This document shows, piece by piece, positions 1 to 34,830 of a stretch of DNA of 64,000 nt; within the stretch, counting starts at the first letter, position 1; each line of letters opens with the position of its first letter. This stretch comes from Chrysomallon squamiferum (taxonomy: Eukaryota > Animalia > Mollusca): the NCBI GenBank assembly GCA_012295275.1, contig CM022671.1, positions 20,460,001 to 20,524,000 on the forward strand, given 5' to 3'. The translations under genes were made by a program, and so were the position numbers. The notes beneath the pieces are model-generated. The model worked only from the letters and a program-made list of their open reading frames with translations, did no database searches and had not been told where the DNA came from.

Positions 1-537
1 TACATACAAATAAAAAACAATAAGTAATAATAAATATTGTGTAATTTGAAATGATTTACAAAAAAGTGTGGTTGTAAATGCATTTAAATATGAATATCTG
101 CTCAATCCACTGTATGTTGGTTGTACACATCTGAAAACGGACATGAGCTTAATTACCTATTAGTCATCTTCAAGAAAGTATAAAAAATTACTGTTACTTT
201 AAAATTACTGTTAGTAGAAACTGTTTTTATGATACTTATTAATTATATTTTTTCACAATGTTGTGAACTTTTCTAGCTTGGCTTCTCTGTGATATGGTAT
301 TGGTCATTGGCGTTTTCTATTTTTGTAATTTATTATTACGGCTACAGATTTTGTTTTTTTTATAAATGTCTATTATGGAATTTTTTTACTTTTTTTCCCT
401 TTATGTGACCAAATTTGAATATATAATTAGGGTTTCATATTAATATTTTCTATCGTTTATATTTATTTTTGTTTAAAGTGTAAATTTGCTATTAAAAACT
501 TGTGTGATTTTCTATCTAATATAGTTTTCTATCAAAT

Positions 538-710
538 ATTTACCATAATTTTACATTACATATTTGTATGATGCTTTACATTACTTTCCATCATTTTCAT
601 TTTTGATCCAATATATAATATAAACTTTTACCATAATTTTATATTAGGTATTTGTGTGATGCTTTACATTAATTTCCATCAAATGCATTTTTGATTCAGT
701 ATTTAATATA
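538..710. repeat. ~88-bp tandem duplication
   Basis: tttaccataatttta..atttgt.tgatgctttacatta.tttccatc occurs twice. Confidence 0.75.
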
Positions 711-3700
711 CTTGTTCCTCAAGCATTTTTTGTTTCGTTTTTAAAATTACTTTCCAATAACAATTTGTTATTTTTCATCAGTCATTTATGTTGCATTTTT
801 CACATTTTCCATCAAATATATGTAACTTCTTAAGCATACGAGTATTAGTATTTAATATATTTGTCATTAACTTTCAATTTTGCTTTGTATTGAATACGTT
901 TGATAAATGGATTCAATTTCTGTTATTACTTTGTCCTGCGAACATGTCAGAGAACATATAAGTAAACTTTTTACAATATATCACAGGGAAAATACTTATC
1001 TTTTGTTCTCAGGATCTCTGTTCTCAATAGACTGACATTTTTAAAAGATTACTGCTTTTTAGCTGCATTAGATTTTGAACCTTTATGAACGAGTTAGAAA
1101 ACAAAATGGGATAACTTGTTGGTTGTGCTCCTTTGTTACATATAGTGAAATACATGACTACTCTGGTTTATTTTTATATATCAGTATTTGTAATATTGAA
1201 CAGTACAAGATTTACATACACTCGCACACTACATAAACAAACACACAAGCATGCCAAACACACATGCACAGAGTTAGAAGTGATCTGCTACACCTTTATG
1301 TGATAATATCCATCTGATAATATTTTTCAGGTCTTAATACTTAATAGAATTTATGCATTATCAGACTATAGATACATATGTCTCGCATCAATTTTTAAAA
1401 TTAAATATTAAAAATATGACAGTAAACCTTCGTGTTTTTTATTTTTAGCACATATGTATTATTTACCACAGATTTAATTGTGTTTAAATAAATACAATAT
1501 TGTATTTTTATGCTACATTAATCTTATTTCTTGTTTTTAAAACATTTTAATTAAAAGATTTTGTTCCTGGATACAATTGATTACATTTATGTAAAATAAA
1601 GAACTTGGAAGTTAGTTGTGTTTTTTTTGTCGGCCTGTCTTATCTGCAGATATTTGGTTCTAGGATATACTAGATGCTCAGGATACTTGCATTAAAATTT
1701 AATGTAATAATTGTAGCCTGAATGTATTCATAGAGCTACTACTAAGAAGTTCTTAAGAATAGTCTAATGGAAAATTAAATTTTTCAAATATTTTGATCTT
1801 CAGATACTATACACTATATCAGGGGTACTTACTGTAATTTCTCTTAAAGACTTATGTTCAGAATAATCAACAAAGACACAGAACACAAACAGGATCTAAA
1901 TGTTTATTTTCATAACTTTTAACAGTAAAAAAACTGACTAATATTCCACAAAATAAATAATGAAAAATGAAAAGCAAACAACTTAAAAAATGCCATTAAA
2001 ACAAATGCACTCAAAACATTACAGTATAAAAATACAATCCACTTAAAATTTCTAATTCTAAGTTTAAATATTTTTATTTGTTACAAAAAACATTTTGTGC
2101 ATTTTTAAAACCCTTTTGCATACATCACCATAAATAGCAGAGGTTTGACATTTCTTGAAGAACATTTTTATTCTGGATCCCAAACAATCCAGGGAGACCT
2201 ACTATTATTTGGTTTCAAAATTTAATTGTTGCACTTGTAGTGTGAAGAAAAAAAAATTGGTTTTACTACAATACTGTCATAGGTCAGTTAATTGTGAAAT
2301 GAAAACAAAATTATCTTTGAATATTGCAAGCACCAAGCAAATCCAAGATGAAAACAAACAAAAAATTGATTATTCAGAACTAATTGAAATAAAATGTTGT
2401 CCATGACAGAAATGAATAATAATGATAAATGTATTTAATATAAATATAAATTATATCCATTCAATTGATTAAAACATACCCTGTTGTATAAAAAAAATTG
2501 CATGTAAAATGACAGGACAGAGGTGTGTGTGTATACACAGTATATTACAACCTGTAGTTCCTGATAGCAATCTACTGTTAACAAAACACATCACTTAATT
2601 ATACTAATGGCTACGAGTAAAATAAATTATTATTATATGTATATATATTTTTTTGTAACACTGAACTGTAATGACATACGATGTTGCTGTATTAAAAATC
2701 TGATCACATTAAATGATTTTGATTGACTGTCACTAGTGATCACACATGATCACTGATCACCTTGGTATTAATTACAAAAATCTCTAAGTTAAAAAGAACA
2801 CAGTAAATTAAAAATAACATTTATGCCACCGAATAATAAGTCTAACAGAACTTTTGGAGATAATAAAATATAATAATTCTCTTCTGTTATTTTCACCATG
2901 AACAGCAATACAGTTAATTATGAAATTAAAATATTTTAATATACCCAAATTAACTGTGCAACTGTTATTATTACATAATCTCAGAAATGTTGATATTTTA
3001 TAGATTAAATAATCGATATTGACATTAGTAAAATAATGTTATTAATTCTTAATTGTCTAATTCACAACTAATGTTGTGTTCATTGTAGACATATTTGAAT
3101 AAAGACTTTTATGATACAGAGGTAAAAACATGTGTTTCACTGTATCAAAAGTACATACTTCCTCTTTTTCTTCCCTTTTTACTCCAGTTAAACCTTCTTT
3201 GAATGTTATTTAAAATAAAGAATAAAAAAATAAAAACAGATATAAAGTGAGATGAACTTAGGTTTAGTTTTTATTTACAAGGTTTGGTTAATCCAGATTA
3301 TTAACGGAAAAATATTAATTTCAGTAAAAAAACAAAAAAATGTTGTTTTTTTTGTACATAATAACATATGAAAATGAAAACATTTGATCAAACCAAAACA
3401 TTAAGATCAGAATTTAAATGAGTGAGAATATTTTTAAATAATAAATGAGAACAGATGATGATTTCATGCAATTCCTAGATAATGTTAATGATTCTTGTTA
3501 TATTTCTTCTGCATATAATTTATATTAATGAACTGACCATTTCCGTTTGTTTAATAAGAGTACCTTTCTGACAGATTGACTTCTTGGATCTGACTAATAA
3601 ATCCATCACAAGTACACACAATTGAATTTATTACAATAAAACAATATTTAATAAAGCATGCATTATGTGTATTTTATGTACATATATTATCCCATACGCC

Positions 3701-4076
3701 AAAATTATAATTTTATGATGATTAATAACAATGATACAAATAACTAAGCAGTATTGTGCGTTTTAACATGATAAATTATTTAACAAGGCCATGAGATGAT
3801 ACACAATAGGAATTTACAATTATTAAAATAACAAATGGCAAACTGACGTTTCAATAAGTTTACAATTTTCATTATTACCATTACTGAGAAACTATAAATA
3901 AACAATTAACAACAACAACAAAAAAAGAAAAAGAAAAAAGTAATAAATAAATAAATAATAAAAATAAATAAATAATAATAAATAAATGTTAAAATTTTAG
4001 AACTTAAAAAAACTATTCCATGTTTTACGTTGAACTGCCATTAATCCAAAAATCATTTTTATATGATGATAAAAAC

Positions 4077-4124
<48 letters not shown>

Positions 4125-5817
4125 TGCTTGGACAGTTCCATATCTAGATGCATAGGGCTATGAGATTTTTTAACTTAATTTAGGAAAATGATTGATCTGT
4201 GAACTGAAATCTGTTAAAATAGCTCTCTTCTTATTCTAATCTTTAACACCTACATTGAAACTTTTGATAATTTAAAACCTTGCTCTACAAACAATTTACA
4301 CATTCAATTTCACTAGAAGTTTAAGGCTACCATAAAATAGACTAGTACCCTTGAAATACCTAGTAAAATATTCAGAAAAAATATTTCAAACAAAATAAAT
4401 GCAAAAAATATTCCCAACATTATAATAATAATTTTAAAAAAGCTATTTACAACTATAATTTACCAATTTTCCATTAACCCGAGATTCTGGTTTTATTCTC
4501 AGTTTAAATCTTTATGGCTTTGTTGGATCAATGAAAACAATTTATCCACATCCTGATTTTCTTTATTTTTAAAAGCTCTCTCCTATGTCTTGAGTTTATT
4601 TATATTTGTGAAGATAAAGCACCACACATGTGACAGTTTGTTCTGATATGACTGTTCAAAGTATGTACATGTGATTTTTTTTTTAAACCTTTAAAAGAAG
4701 AAAAAATATGAATGTATTTTAAACTTATTTTAATAAGGAAAAAAAATTACTATAGTAACATAGTGTATTAATGTGAAATGGTAAATAAACTAAATCAATT
4801 TTTAACTTTTTTAAGTAAATGTATTTATTGAGACCAACCTTTGTTAATAATAAAATAATCTGTGACAACAACATAATAAGCTGTAAACATATATATATAT
4901 ATATATATAATTTTTATTATTACAAAACTTGGTTATATGAGCAATGATTTGGTTTGCTTGTTATAATTATTATATTTAATTATTAACAAAGATTGGATAA
5001 ATAAAACAATCAATGGCAATTTGTTTGCATCACTGTAGGTGTGCTTTAATGGCTCTCTTGTGTCTAATGTGCTTTTGTTTTGTGGGTTTTTTTATATGGA
5101 TAAAATCTGTTATGTTCCAAAACATGTTTAACATAATACATATTGATTATACTTATAACAATTACATGGAATTTAATTTATTCCATCTGTATACTATAAT
5201 ACATATTGCACATATATATTACATATTTACAGAAAACAGAACTTACACATACACATACACACTAACACTCACACTATTAACTGTTTTACAAAAATCATAT
5301 TACATACATGCATTCAATTTGTTGATACCTGTAATAAATACATTTTTAACAAATTTATATTATAGACATACATATCCCATTTTCCCTCAACAATCCCCCA
5401 ACACACACACAGATAAAAAAAAGACAAAATGTGCACAAATTTACACTTCAAATGAAGTTAACAAACCAAAAGTAAACTAAATAACAAAACAAAAAAACTA
5501 AAGAACGAAAATCATCAAAAAAAAAGAACAAATCTCATATTTACATGGAAGGAATATATATAAAAAAAAGAAAAAAAAAAAAAAAAAGAAAAAAAGATAC
5601 ATATATATATATATATATATATATCAACCCACATCTTTGTCTCATTTATTGAAACTGCCATGAATGTGGCATAAAATGAAATTACAAATTGTTCATTATT
5701 TGGTGTTTTTATTTTCTTTTTGTTCTATTATTTTAAAAAAGATATATTACATTAGAAAAGAGGAATTATTAAGTTTTTGTTATATATATATATGAAGAGT
5801 TGCACAGTTATGTTTTA

Positions 5818-24730
<18,913 letters not shown>

Positions 24731-25227
24731 CTTGATTCCATGCACAACATTGATTGCAGGAAGATTATTTTATTTTAAAGCGAGCTATAGACTATGTACA
24801 AACAACTTGTACTCAAGCATGCAGCTGTCTGAACGTAAACAGGGTAGCATACTGTATCTATGTAGCGTTGAATATTTACAATGTAGTACTGCATGACTGG
24901 AAAATAACCTTAACCTTGGAGAAAAACGGAATAGTCCATTCTTCAAAAAGGGGAAAATTTTACAAGTATTTACCCCAATTTTACAGGTCATTTATTGATT
25001 TAACAAGGAAAAAAGCAATGACCATATTAATCAATTTTATTATCTTTTATTATAATTTTTTGGGGGTGGATGGGTTCAAATATTTTGGTAAATGAATTTT
25101 ATTTATTTATTATTATTTCATTTCATTTATTTATTTATGGAAATACAGCGGTAAAATACATAAAGATAACGGTAATCAATTACTTATTACATTAAGCTGT
25201 CGAATATATGTAAATGTAAAACATAAA

Positions 25228-25287
<60 letters not shown>

Positions 25288-25779
25288 AAAACTGTTATGA
25301 AATTCAGTTTCTTCATCCAAATTTATATATTATACACTTTTTCCTTTTTTCCTCCATTCTTTCTTTTTGTTGTTGTTATTGTTCTTAAAAAATTATCCGT
25401 GGTCTTGAAAGTGTCAACTAAATGTTGAAAGAAAATAATTGTTTAACAGTACATCACTGCTTACAGACTGTACTTTAATTTTAATTTTATTTATTTATTT
25501 ATTAATTTTTAAATTGCATAAATTATAAGATTGACACTATGTAGACCATAGTCAGAGCTAAGAAACTAATACTTGTCAACAAAAGCATTTAAATGTTTAA
25601 TGAGCTACATGCCATAAATTTCCGGGCATGTGATATATGGGTATAATCACACAAGATAAAAGGGAAGGTTTGTTTTTCTGTGGGTCTGACTTAAAAGGTG
25701 CCTTGAAGTGTGTACCTGTGGCAATAAAACAAATGATCTAAACAAACCGTAATAAATATATAATTGAAAGAAGAAATGA

Positions 25780-25829
<50 letters not shown>

Positions 25830-26790
25830 TAAAATAAATAAATAAATAAATAATAATAATAAATAAACAAACAAATAAATAAATGAAGTATGCAGATTAT
25901 ATTTAGACTTCCATCATATCACCAAAGTACACTTTAAAATTCATCTCTTATTTAGTTTGATTAATATAATGGGTAAAATAAATAAATAAATAAATAATAA
26001 AACAACTTTTTTTTTTCTTTCTTTTTATGTGACAGCAGATAATAAAAACACTTATAAATCTTAAAGATGTATTATTAATATTATATGATGTAATTAATTA
26101 CAGTTCTGTCATTTGCTACTAGTTTAGTTTTTTTAGCCATACTTTTTCAAACAAATGCATCAAAATGACTGAAAGAATAAAAATATAATACATCTAAATT
26201 AATTTACTATATCAAATAATTAAAGATTTTATATATGAGTGTATACACAACTTTTCAAATCATTTTAATAGCTACTGGTAAGTGGCTAGAGTCTTGGCCT
26301 AAAAAATAATAAGCATTTTAACCATTCCAGCTAGTGTCCCACATTGAGAAGATGCATATAAATTATCCTTTGCTGTTAATAAGAAAAACAACTTTGAAAA
26401 CTGTGGCAAAAACACTCCTCTATCATATATTCAAAAGCTTAACATATGTTTGATGTATAATACTTCTATTAATATGTAGTGTTTTACACAATACATTTTA
26501 ACTGAAGGTTTGTGCATCAAACATATGTTAAGCACATGAAAATGTGCATATATGTATGTATGTGTGCATGTGTATGTATATATAAATCTGCCCAAGAAGG
26601 ATAAAATGTAAAATATAAACATAACATATTTATAGACATATTTGTTTATATATCCGAAAATTAAACTAAATATCTGAAAAAGAGGATTAGTTCACATTAT
26701 TACCAATTACAATGCTATGTCTATCTTACTTGTAAACACCATTTATATAAGGGATATAACTCTAGGCCATCAAAGGATTACACACATCTC

Positions 26791-26826
<36 letters not shown>

Positions 26827-28803
26827 TTGAAAATATAGTTCCAAAACATAGGTAGATGCCTTACAGAGATAACACATATAATAAAATACACTGGGGGAAC
26901 TTCAAGGTGACTATCATGGAGATATGGCTGTGAAAGGAGGTTTGATTGTGTGTGTGTGTGGGGGTATGTGTGTGTGCATGAGTGTGTAAATGGGTGCATG
27001 TGTGTGTATGTGTGTGTGTGTGTGTGTGTTTATATATAATATTCAGCATAAAAGACTGTCAGTAAAAGATTGTATTCATAACAGCATTGCAGCTCGTTTT
27101 CACTTAAAAGTAACATTTCAAAGGCAGTCGTTAAAACCTCAAAACTCCTTAATATTTCTAACAATTTGTACAGAAAAAAGTATACAGAGGAATATTTATA
27201 TTTATGACAGTGTGCTTAAATTTAAACAGTAGGTGGCATTTTAAATATTTTTCTCAATATTTTCAGACCTATCACGTTTTAATAAAATCTGTAGTGGTTT
27301 AGTAAATAAAAATTCACTGACATATTCGAAACAATATTTCTGACTGAGCAGACATTAGTGTTTACATTTATTTGACCCCAGACAACCCCAGGGTGGTATT
27401 AAGTTACATATGTAATTCATGAAATATGTGTTAGTAGAATGACTAAGCATAGATCTGGATAAAATATCTGTAAATGCATTCATCAGGTGGCCAAAACATG
27501 AAAAAGATTGATACTTTCTCATAAAATATCAGACATACTAATCAGCTGAAATATTTACACCTGAAATGTATTTATTTCTGAATACATCTATGTGTCTGTC
27601 TGTGTGTTTATATTAGTATAGACAGACCTGTCTTTATATCTCTCTGTTTACATATGTTTAAATGAGTTTATCTTTGTTAGTATAGATGCATGTGTTTATG
27701 TCTGTCTGTAGATATCTGTTTTGATTATGCATATTAGTTTGTGAATCTGTTTAGATATCTTTTTAATTGTATAGGTATCTGTATGTCTGTATAGATACAT
27801 GTATGTCCATCCATCTATGTGTGTATCTCTATAGTAATCTCTTTGTTTGTGCACCTTACAATTTTATGAAAATGTTATCAAGTTACTAATAATCTAAACA
27901 TATATTATTTCTAATTACATCTGTGTCTAATCAGATGTGCTTGTTTGAGTTTGCTTCTATTAGCATGCACATTTACATTATAAATATTGATTTTATATCA
28001 CTTAAATAATTATATTCAGTTTCATGCTGCTCATAAATTGTTATAATTCATCACAGTTAAGACACATACAGGCCATTTTTTAAATATTTAACAATATAAT
28101 TCCTTTATAAAAATGATAAAAGTAAAATTGCAGACTACAAAACATAGCACCACTGTCTCAATTATATTATATTATAGTGTATAGTACTGCATAGTATAAT
28201 ATTTTACATTTTACACTACATTCCAGTTATCACTTACTATCTAAACATAATATTATGTTGGAATTACAAGTTCAAGAATTTAAATGAACTTCAGCCTCAT
28301 TTAAACCATTGTAAACTTTTTCAGATGACAACAAAGGGATGAGAGGTCACTATATTGATTTAGGTGAGAGTTACTTGTTAGCAACAGAACATCTGTACAT
28401 AACAAAAATCAATGCTGGCAGTAATTCCCAAAATCTATATCAAAATCCAGTTATTTCATAGAAACACAGATATCAGGTATAACATTTCACTCTAGTAATA
28501 TCTGAGAGAGACTGGAAATATCTGTTTAACCCACATCTAGTATATCCACTCACACACTCTGTACTGCATTCATTCTCCGTACGTTGAACTTTGTAATGTA
28601 TAATAATATTGTGTGTTGTATCTCATCAATGTTTAACTAAGTTTCACAACATGTAGGTGATGTGGATATTTAATACGAGTTATTGTTATCATTTCACTGT
28701 TGTATAATAAAATGAATCAACAGGTGGGTTAGCAGTCTTCAGTTGAATGTGTTACAATGTTTTGTAAATAATATCTACATGGCACACACACACACACACA
28801 CAC

Positions 28804-28838
<35 letters not shown>

Positions 28839-29137
28839 TATAAATACTAGTTAACTGTTTATAAAAAGATTTCTAGAAGGCAGAATGTGTCAGTGACTAT
28901 GTAATAAAATATTAATTTTTTATTTCAATATATTTCACAAGATACCTATGTATATGTATTGTTTTTTTTACCATGTGGTGAACAATTACTGTAATGATAA
29001 TGTTAATAAATAATCAGTTTGTACCATATGTTTTGTAAAATATTTGCAAAAATATGTTATGTAACAAAAGATACATACATAAACACACACATATATACAC
29101 TTAAAAACACTTAGAAATTTATATACCTATTGAATTA

Positions 29138-29192
<55 letters not shown>

Positions 29193-29347
29193 GTAATAAT
29201 AATAATAATCATAATCATAATCATAATAATAATTTGCCACACAATCATAAAAAATCTTTATCCTAAGAATAATCTTCAAATATATAAACAAAAACCATAA
29301 ATAAGAAAATGTAAGTTCAACATCATGTCAGAAAATATAAACATTAC

Positions 29348-29378
29348 CTGAGGTTCGGGCTATGATGTAACTTGGCAT
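29348..29378 (-). CDS. PFKFB: Candidate alternative first coding exon of PFKFB (MPSYIIARTS)
   Basis: ATG to CAG|GTAATG donor, phase 1, matching the exon-2 acceptor. Confidence 0.5.
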
Positions 29379-30601
29379 TATTCCAGTATCATTTGACTCT
29401 GTTTCCAGACAAAAATTAAATTCAGTTTTGAGTCCTTCACCACACACATTTATTTTATTGTAAAATTAATCTTTACACTCCAAGAATAAAAATTAAAATA
29501 ACTGACATAAGAATATCCAAGGATCTGGAAAAAGCAACAATACCAAAAATAATTTTAAATAAAAAATTTTCCCAGAAGAAGCTACTAGTTCAAAAATCCA
29601 AGTTGTAAATTCCTATAAAGACCAGACTGCGATATTCTGTGTCTGAAAGCCTGTGAAGTCACTGTGTGTGTGAGTGTGTGTCTGTCATTACAGCTATATC
29701 ACACACAAATAACCTTGTGCCAGGTTAGAAGAATCACAGGTTTATCACATGCTACAGTCCACGCAGGCTGGCTGGTTTATACAACCATGCTGTATGGTTT
29801 TGTTCAATGTTGTAAAGTACCTGATAAACAAAATAAGAAGGATAAACTTTGTTGTTTAATCCATTCACTTCAGTTAGGAATGAGTGAGTCACTCTGTCTC
29901 TTTATTTATTTATTTTTTAATACCAATGGAAAACATTATATTACATAATTTATACTGCATTATACTCAAGTCATATTGTTAGTTTCTGGGAAAACCAGAC
30001 TATAATACAGTTTATCAACAATTAACAGACATATATTTCTACAAAAATCATACAAATACTTACACACAGATCACACAAACACACCCCACATTAATACATA
30101 ATACATACACCACTCACTATATTCAAACACACACGAAGACACACAGACAAAAAAACATACACATTAAATAGGGGACAGATGAATATATCTCCATTAACAA
30201 TTTAAGGATAAAGAATAATGACTTTAAAAATGAGGATAATAAACATACCAACATATGATTCATCCCCGACTGTAGGCACACTTTTTTTTTTAGACATTTT
30301 TAACAACTGACAGTTTATGGATTGACACAATAAGAAAATACCGTATTTTTTTCTTTTTTTAGACTTTGATCAAGGTATTAAATCCTAATCGTATAACCAA
30401 ATGATTAAAATACACAAAATGTAAATTTGTATTTTTCCCTTATATAAACTATGTTATTGTACAAATACATATTTAAAAAAAAAAACATTCCATCATTATA
30501 AAAGTATATTTTCATTATGTTTTTTCAAACTAATTACAGCTTTTCACGCAAACTAAAAGATATACAAATATACAGATATAGTGTATATATTCATAAGGAA
30601 A

Positions 30602-30632
<31 letters not shown>

Positions 30633-31877
30633 AAGAATCAGAATAATCCAAATTAACAAACATAGGCACATACATAAAGACAAACATTCTACACATATCC
30701 ATTTAGAAAGACGTAATTATACATTCAGACATCTTCATACATTTATAAACATACAGTATCAGACACATTGATAGATACATACATTCAGTGACAAACACAC
30801 ACAATGAAATAAAAAAAAAACATGTGCAAATTAACATGTGATTCTTATAAATGACAAATAAATTTCAAATCCACTCTTAAAAGAAGCCAAAACTGATTAC
30901 TTACAGTTCATGCTGACCTAGTTTTCTTATCACCAAGTAGTAAAATTTCCTCAGTATTTTATAGAAAAAATTATTCTTCTCTCAGGCTGACAATCCTAAG
31001 TTTCCTTTCAACTGACTCACAAAAAAGGAGTGGTCAGACATCCCTCGTCAATCAAGGTTGTTCAAACCCAAACCCTATATATATATTTTTTTATTTTATT
31101 TTATCACACTATCAAAGGTTTAAAGAATTTTATTTATTTATCATTATGTAGAAATTATATGAAAATTGATGGAAAAAATAATAATAAATAAATTTACATG
31201 AGTAAAAATACAAAACTCCTGGAAGGAAGGGTTAAAAAAATATTCATTTATAACATTTCAGCACTGTTAAATCAATAGATATTTCTTTAATTCTTTTTAT
31301 TTTATTATTATTTTTTTTTAAAATGAATCACTGATTTAAATTCAATGGCAGCTGAAAGATAAATAATATATCATTCTGTAAGAAAGGGTTATCAAATAAC
31401 TGCTACTATTTAATTATTTGATTTGTTTAAAAAAAAAAAAAAAAAAGGAAGCACACCTCAGAAACAAGTTAGTATTCAGCAATTCAAATATTTGTTGTTT
31501 TCAATTGATTTTTTTTAGATTTTAAATGTTTTGTTCTTTCAAATTTGAACACTATTGTTGTTGCCAGTTTAGTTGTAGATTAATCTTTAAAAGCAGTTTT
31601 AATACGTATGGAGTGACCCTAATTATGCACAGAACTATTGTATTTGTGGGTGTGTCCACTTGTTTAAAACAAGGAAATAATGTGACATATTTTATTCAAT
31701 GATGTCATATTTTCTAATACTGGATATGACAGTCAGTACAAGTAAGTACAGGTAAACCAGTGCTGTAAATCATAATTCTATTTTGGTTTTCAGGTTAACT
31801 GTCTTGGTCAGTTCAGTGTTCATAATGTATTAATAATGTGTGAATATATATTTGTGTGTGTGTTTGTGTGTGTGTGT

Positions 31878-31928
<51 letters not shown>

Positions 31929-32807
31929 AGAGAGAGAGAGAACTACAGATATTGTAAAATTGATATTAAGATAACTTTTCAAAAATAAAAATATTGAAAG
32001 TTCTTATTTCAGAAGCTTTCTTTATAAGATATGTTATTATAAAAAAAAATGTCATGTGATATTTAGTGTTAACTCAACCTTTTTAGACAATTTATATTTT
32101 CTAGTTATTTTAACTTAAAAATAAAAAAGAATTTTATTATTTATTATAACAATAACCCTATATAATAATATTAATAATATAATAATTAAAATGAAAGAAC
32201 ATACATGTTTTTCTTATAAGATCATTTGTGTTCAAACTCCACAATTATTATTAACATTCAAACCTAGCAACCTTCATGATTAATGGAAGATCTGGGGTAG
32301 AGTTGAAAAATGCCATAAATGTCTACCATGATAACAACACACCTCTATTCAATGCTGGATTTACAATGAAGATACAATAAAAAAATTCTCATGCATATTT
32401 TAGTTTTATTATATTCTTTCATTATTATTTTTTTTTTTTTTTTTTTTGCTTTCTTTTAACAGGAACCTTCTAATAATGAATGAGACACCAGGGTTTGTCA
32501 ATACAAACAGAGGCTTTAAATTAATTATCTGAAAATCAGCATAGATTTAAAGTACAATCTAATGTAATGTTGGGGGTTTTTTCTTAGAAGAAAATATTTA
32601 TAAATGCAGTCAGACTTAATTAAGATTTACTTTAATGAAAATCATTATAATCATAGTGACAGATTTTCAACAGATTTATGTCTACATTTTAAGAAAATTG
32701 TCTTGGAAAAGGAAAATATATTCAACAAATGTAATGGTTCAGCACAATTAATTTTCCTTAAAGTAAACACTCTAGAATTCACACTCACATTTTCCAAATA
32801 AATATAC

Positions 32808-32890
32808 CCATAACCATAATGATACCTTTTTATAAATAAACTTATTCATAACCATGATACCTTTTTATAAATAAACTTATTCATAATCAT
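32808..32890. repeat. ~35-bp tandem repeat
   Basis: atgatacctttttataaataaacttattcataa occurs twice, followed by degenerate copies. Confidence 0.8.
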
Positions 32891-33218
32891 ACTGATGCAT
32901 TTTCACAGTAAATATATTCATAATCATACATTTTCTTTGTAAATATACTTGTAATCTTATTCATAGATTTTCTATATATGTGTGTATGTATGTATGTATA
33001 TATGTAAACATACTGATAATCTGATTATTACTTTTTTTATGAAAACATACTTTTAATTATACCCATACATTTTCAATGTAATTTAAAGTAATTAAGTACA
33101 TGTGCAATGTAACAATCCAACTGAACCCAAATCCATCTTTAGTCCATGTTTTTATTATTTTTATTAAATCTATTTTAAATTGATTATCATATCCAACACA
33201 CTGAAGGCATCACCCTAC

Positions 33219-33297
33219 CTTTTATTTTCTGAATCCTGGATGTTTCCAGAATATAAATGTGTGTATGTGGACTCCAATTACTTATTTCTCTATGCAT
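33219..33297 (-). CDS. PFKFB: Candidate alternative first coding exon of PFKFB (MHREISNWSPHTHIYILETSRIQKIK)
   Basis: ATG to AAG|GTAGGG donor, phase 1. ETSRIQKI loosely resembles the vertebrate PFKFB N-terminal TQTRLQKI. Confidence 0.35.
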
Positions 33298-34530
33298 GTA
33301 TAATTTCTTTATTTTATAAAAGAGAGAACTGTCTATGTTCAGTTCTGGATTCAAGCAGCTATTTTGAACTAATTAGAGATTTTTGTTTATTTTCTAGATT
33401 GCTTCCTTTCACTTTTTTTTCAACTTTCTCAAATGGATTTGAGTCCTACTTGTCTAAAACATTAGTTACTTTATCAATTTTGACAGGTCTATGGTCATGC
33501 CACACTTTCTCATACATTGTGAAAGCATTCCCCACAGGTGGATTCATATTTGAGTAATAGTTTACACTTTTCAGTAAGAAGAAGAAAAAACATTTTGAAA
33601 AAATTGCACTTTGGCCTTGTTTTCAAAAGGTTATTATTGTTATTTATTACAATGATTACAATTCACAACTAACTTATGACTATTCATGTTTGTTTTAACA
33701 GCCATTCAAAAATTAATCCATTAGTAAGTTCTGATGTGAAATGTAACTTCATAAATTATCTAAAATTTAGTGTTTAAATTTTACTGTTTTGTTAAGTTAA
33801 AATATTTACCGAATGCTTCATAATTGCTTTGTTTATATGAACATAAAATAATAAATAAAATAAAATAAAATGTTTAAAAGATTTTAATTTTTATGCATTA
33901 CTATTAATGTGACTTATGTACAAATAATATTATGTATTACAATAATAAAACAAAAAACAACAGCAATAACAAAAAAGCAACAAACATAATAATTTTATGC
34001 TCATTACATTTCGCGCCAATGTGTCGTCACTTCTGGTTTGGTATCAAATATATAGAAGAAAAATACAACAACAAAACAACAACAATAACCTATAAACAGG
34101 TGCCATCTTATCACGATACAGCTGCTAATTATTTAATTCTCTGGATTTTCGGATTACTGGGATTTCAGTGTAAAGGAGTGATAAACTGATGCAGCTTAAA
34201 TATCAATTCATTTAACAAGAAGTGCACGGACGCGCACACATATTCTTGTGTAAGGTTGGAAGGTATTGATTCCATGTTTACTTGATCCTGTTTTCCTGTC
34301 ACTGTCATTTGTAGAAAAACAAAACAGTTTGCAGTTACTTATAACCGTCATAATTTCATACAACAGGAACTAGCAGCATAGCAATAAATCGCAGCTAATT
34401 ATTCAATAAAACATGATGACAGATTAACACAAATTGCTACGAAGAAACTGGAAATTTTCACATATTTTCGGTAACTAGAACGCATGCCATATTCGTTAGA
34501 TTATCGACAATGCAAATTATTCATCCGTAC

Positions 34531-34600
34531 CTTTTATATTTGTCTTCTGAGACACCTGTTTACATTCACATTTCAATAGACACAAAGGCACTGTATTCAT
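34531..34600 (-). CDS. PFKFB: Candidate distal first coding exon of PFKFB (MNTVPLCLLKCECKQVSQKTNIK)
   Basis: ATG to AAG|GTACGG donor, phase 1. Lies just downstream of a CpG-containing promoter-like patch (34760-34830). Confidence 0.5.
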
Positions 34601-34759
34601 CTTCTTTGGAAATCCCTCCTTTCCTTCCTTTGTTTACAAACAGGCTTTTGAATTGTAATGAAGTGATGTTGCTACTTAATATTCATGAACCAATTTACAG
34701 TCAATAATCGTAAAAACAAAATAGGTCACATATTACCATTCACAACTCTTGCAATTTCA

Positions 34760-34830
34760 ACAGACTGACGCAGATACGTTACGTAATGTGGCGTGTGACT
34801 TCCTGATTATATTTTAACATTAAATACACG
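34760..34830 (-). promoter_or_regulatory. Putative PFKFB distal promoter with PAR-bZIP/CRE-like sites
   Basis: Local CpG enrichment, TGACGCA half-CRE, and GTTACGTAAT at 34778-34787. Confidence 0.4.

Noticed and set aside
1-1900. Possible 3' UTR of an upstream plus-strand gene
   Set aside because: Only compositional hints (T-rich, AATAAA at ~1595); no coding exon in the window to anchor it.
5013-5480. 155-aa plus-strand ORF
   Set aside because: Low-complexity sequence with (CA)-rich tracts, antisense to the probable PFKFB 3' UTR; no recognisable motif.
33180-33557. 125-aa plus-strand ORF
   Set aside because: Non-ATG start, no homology recognised, and it overlaps a candidate minus-strand PFKFB exon.
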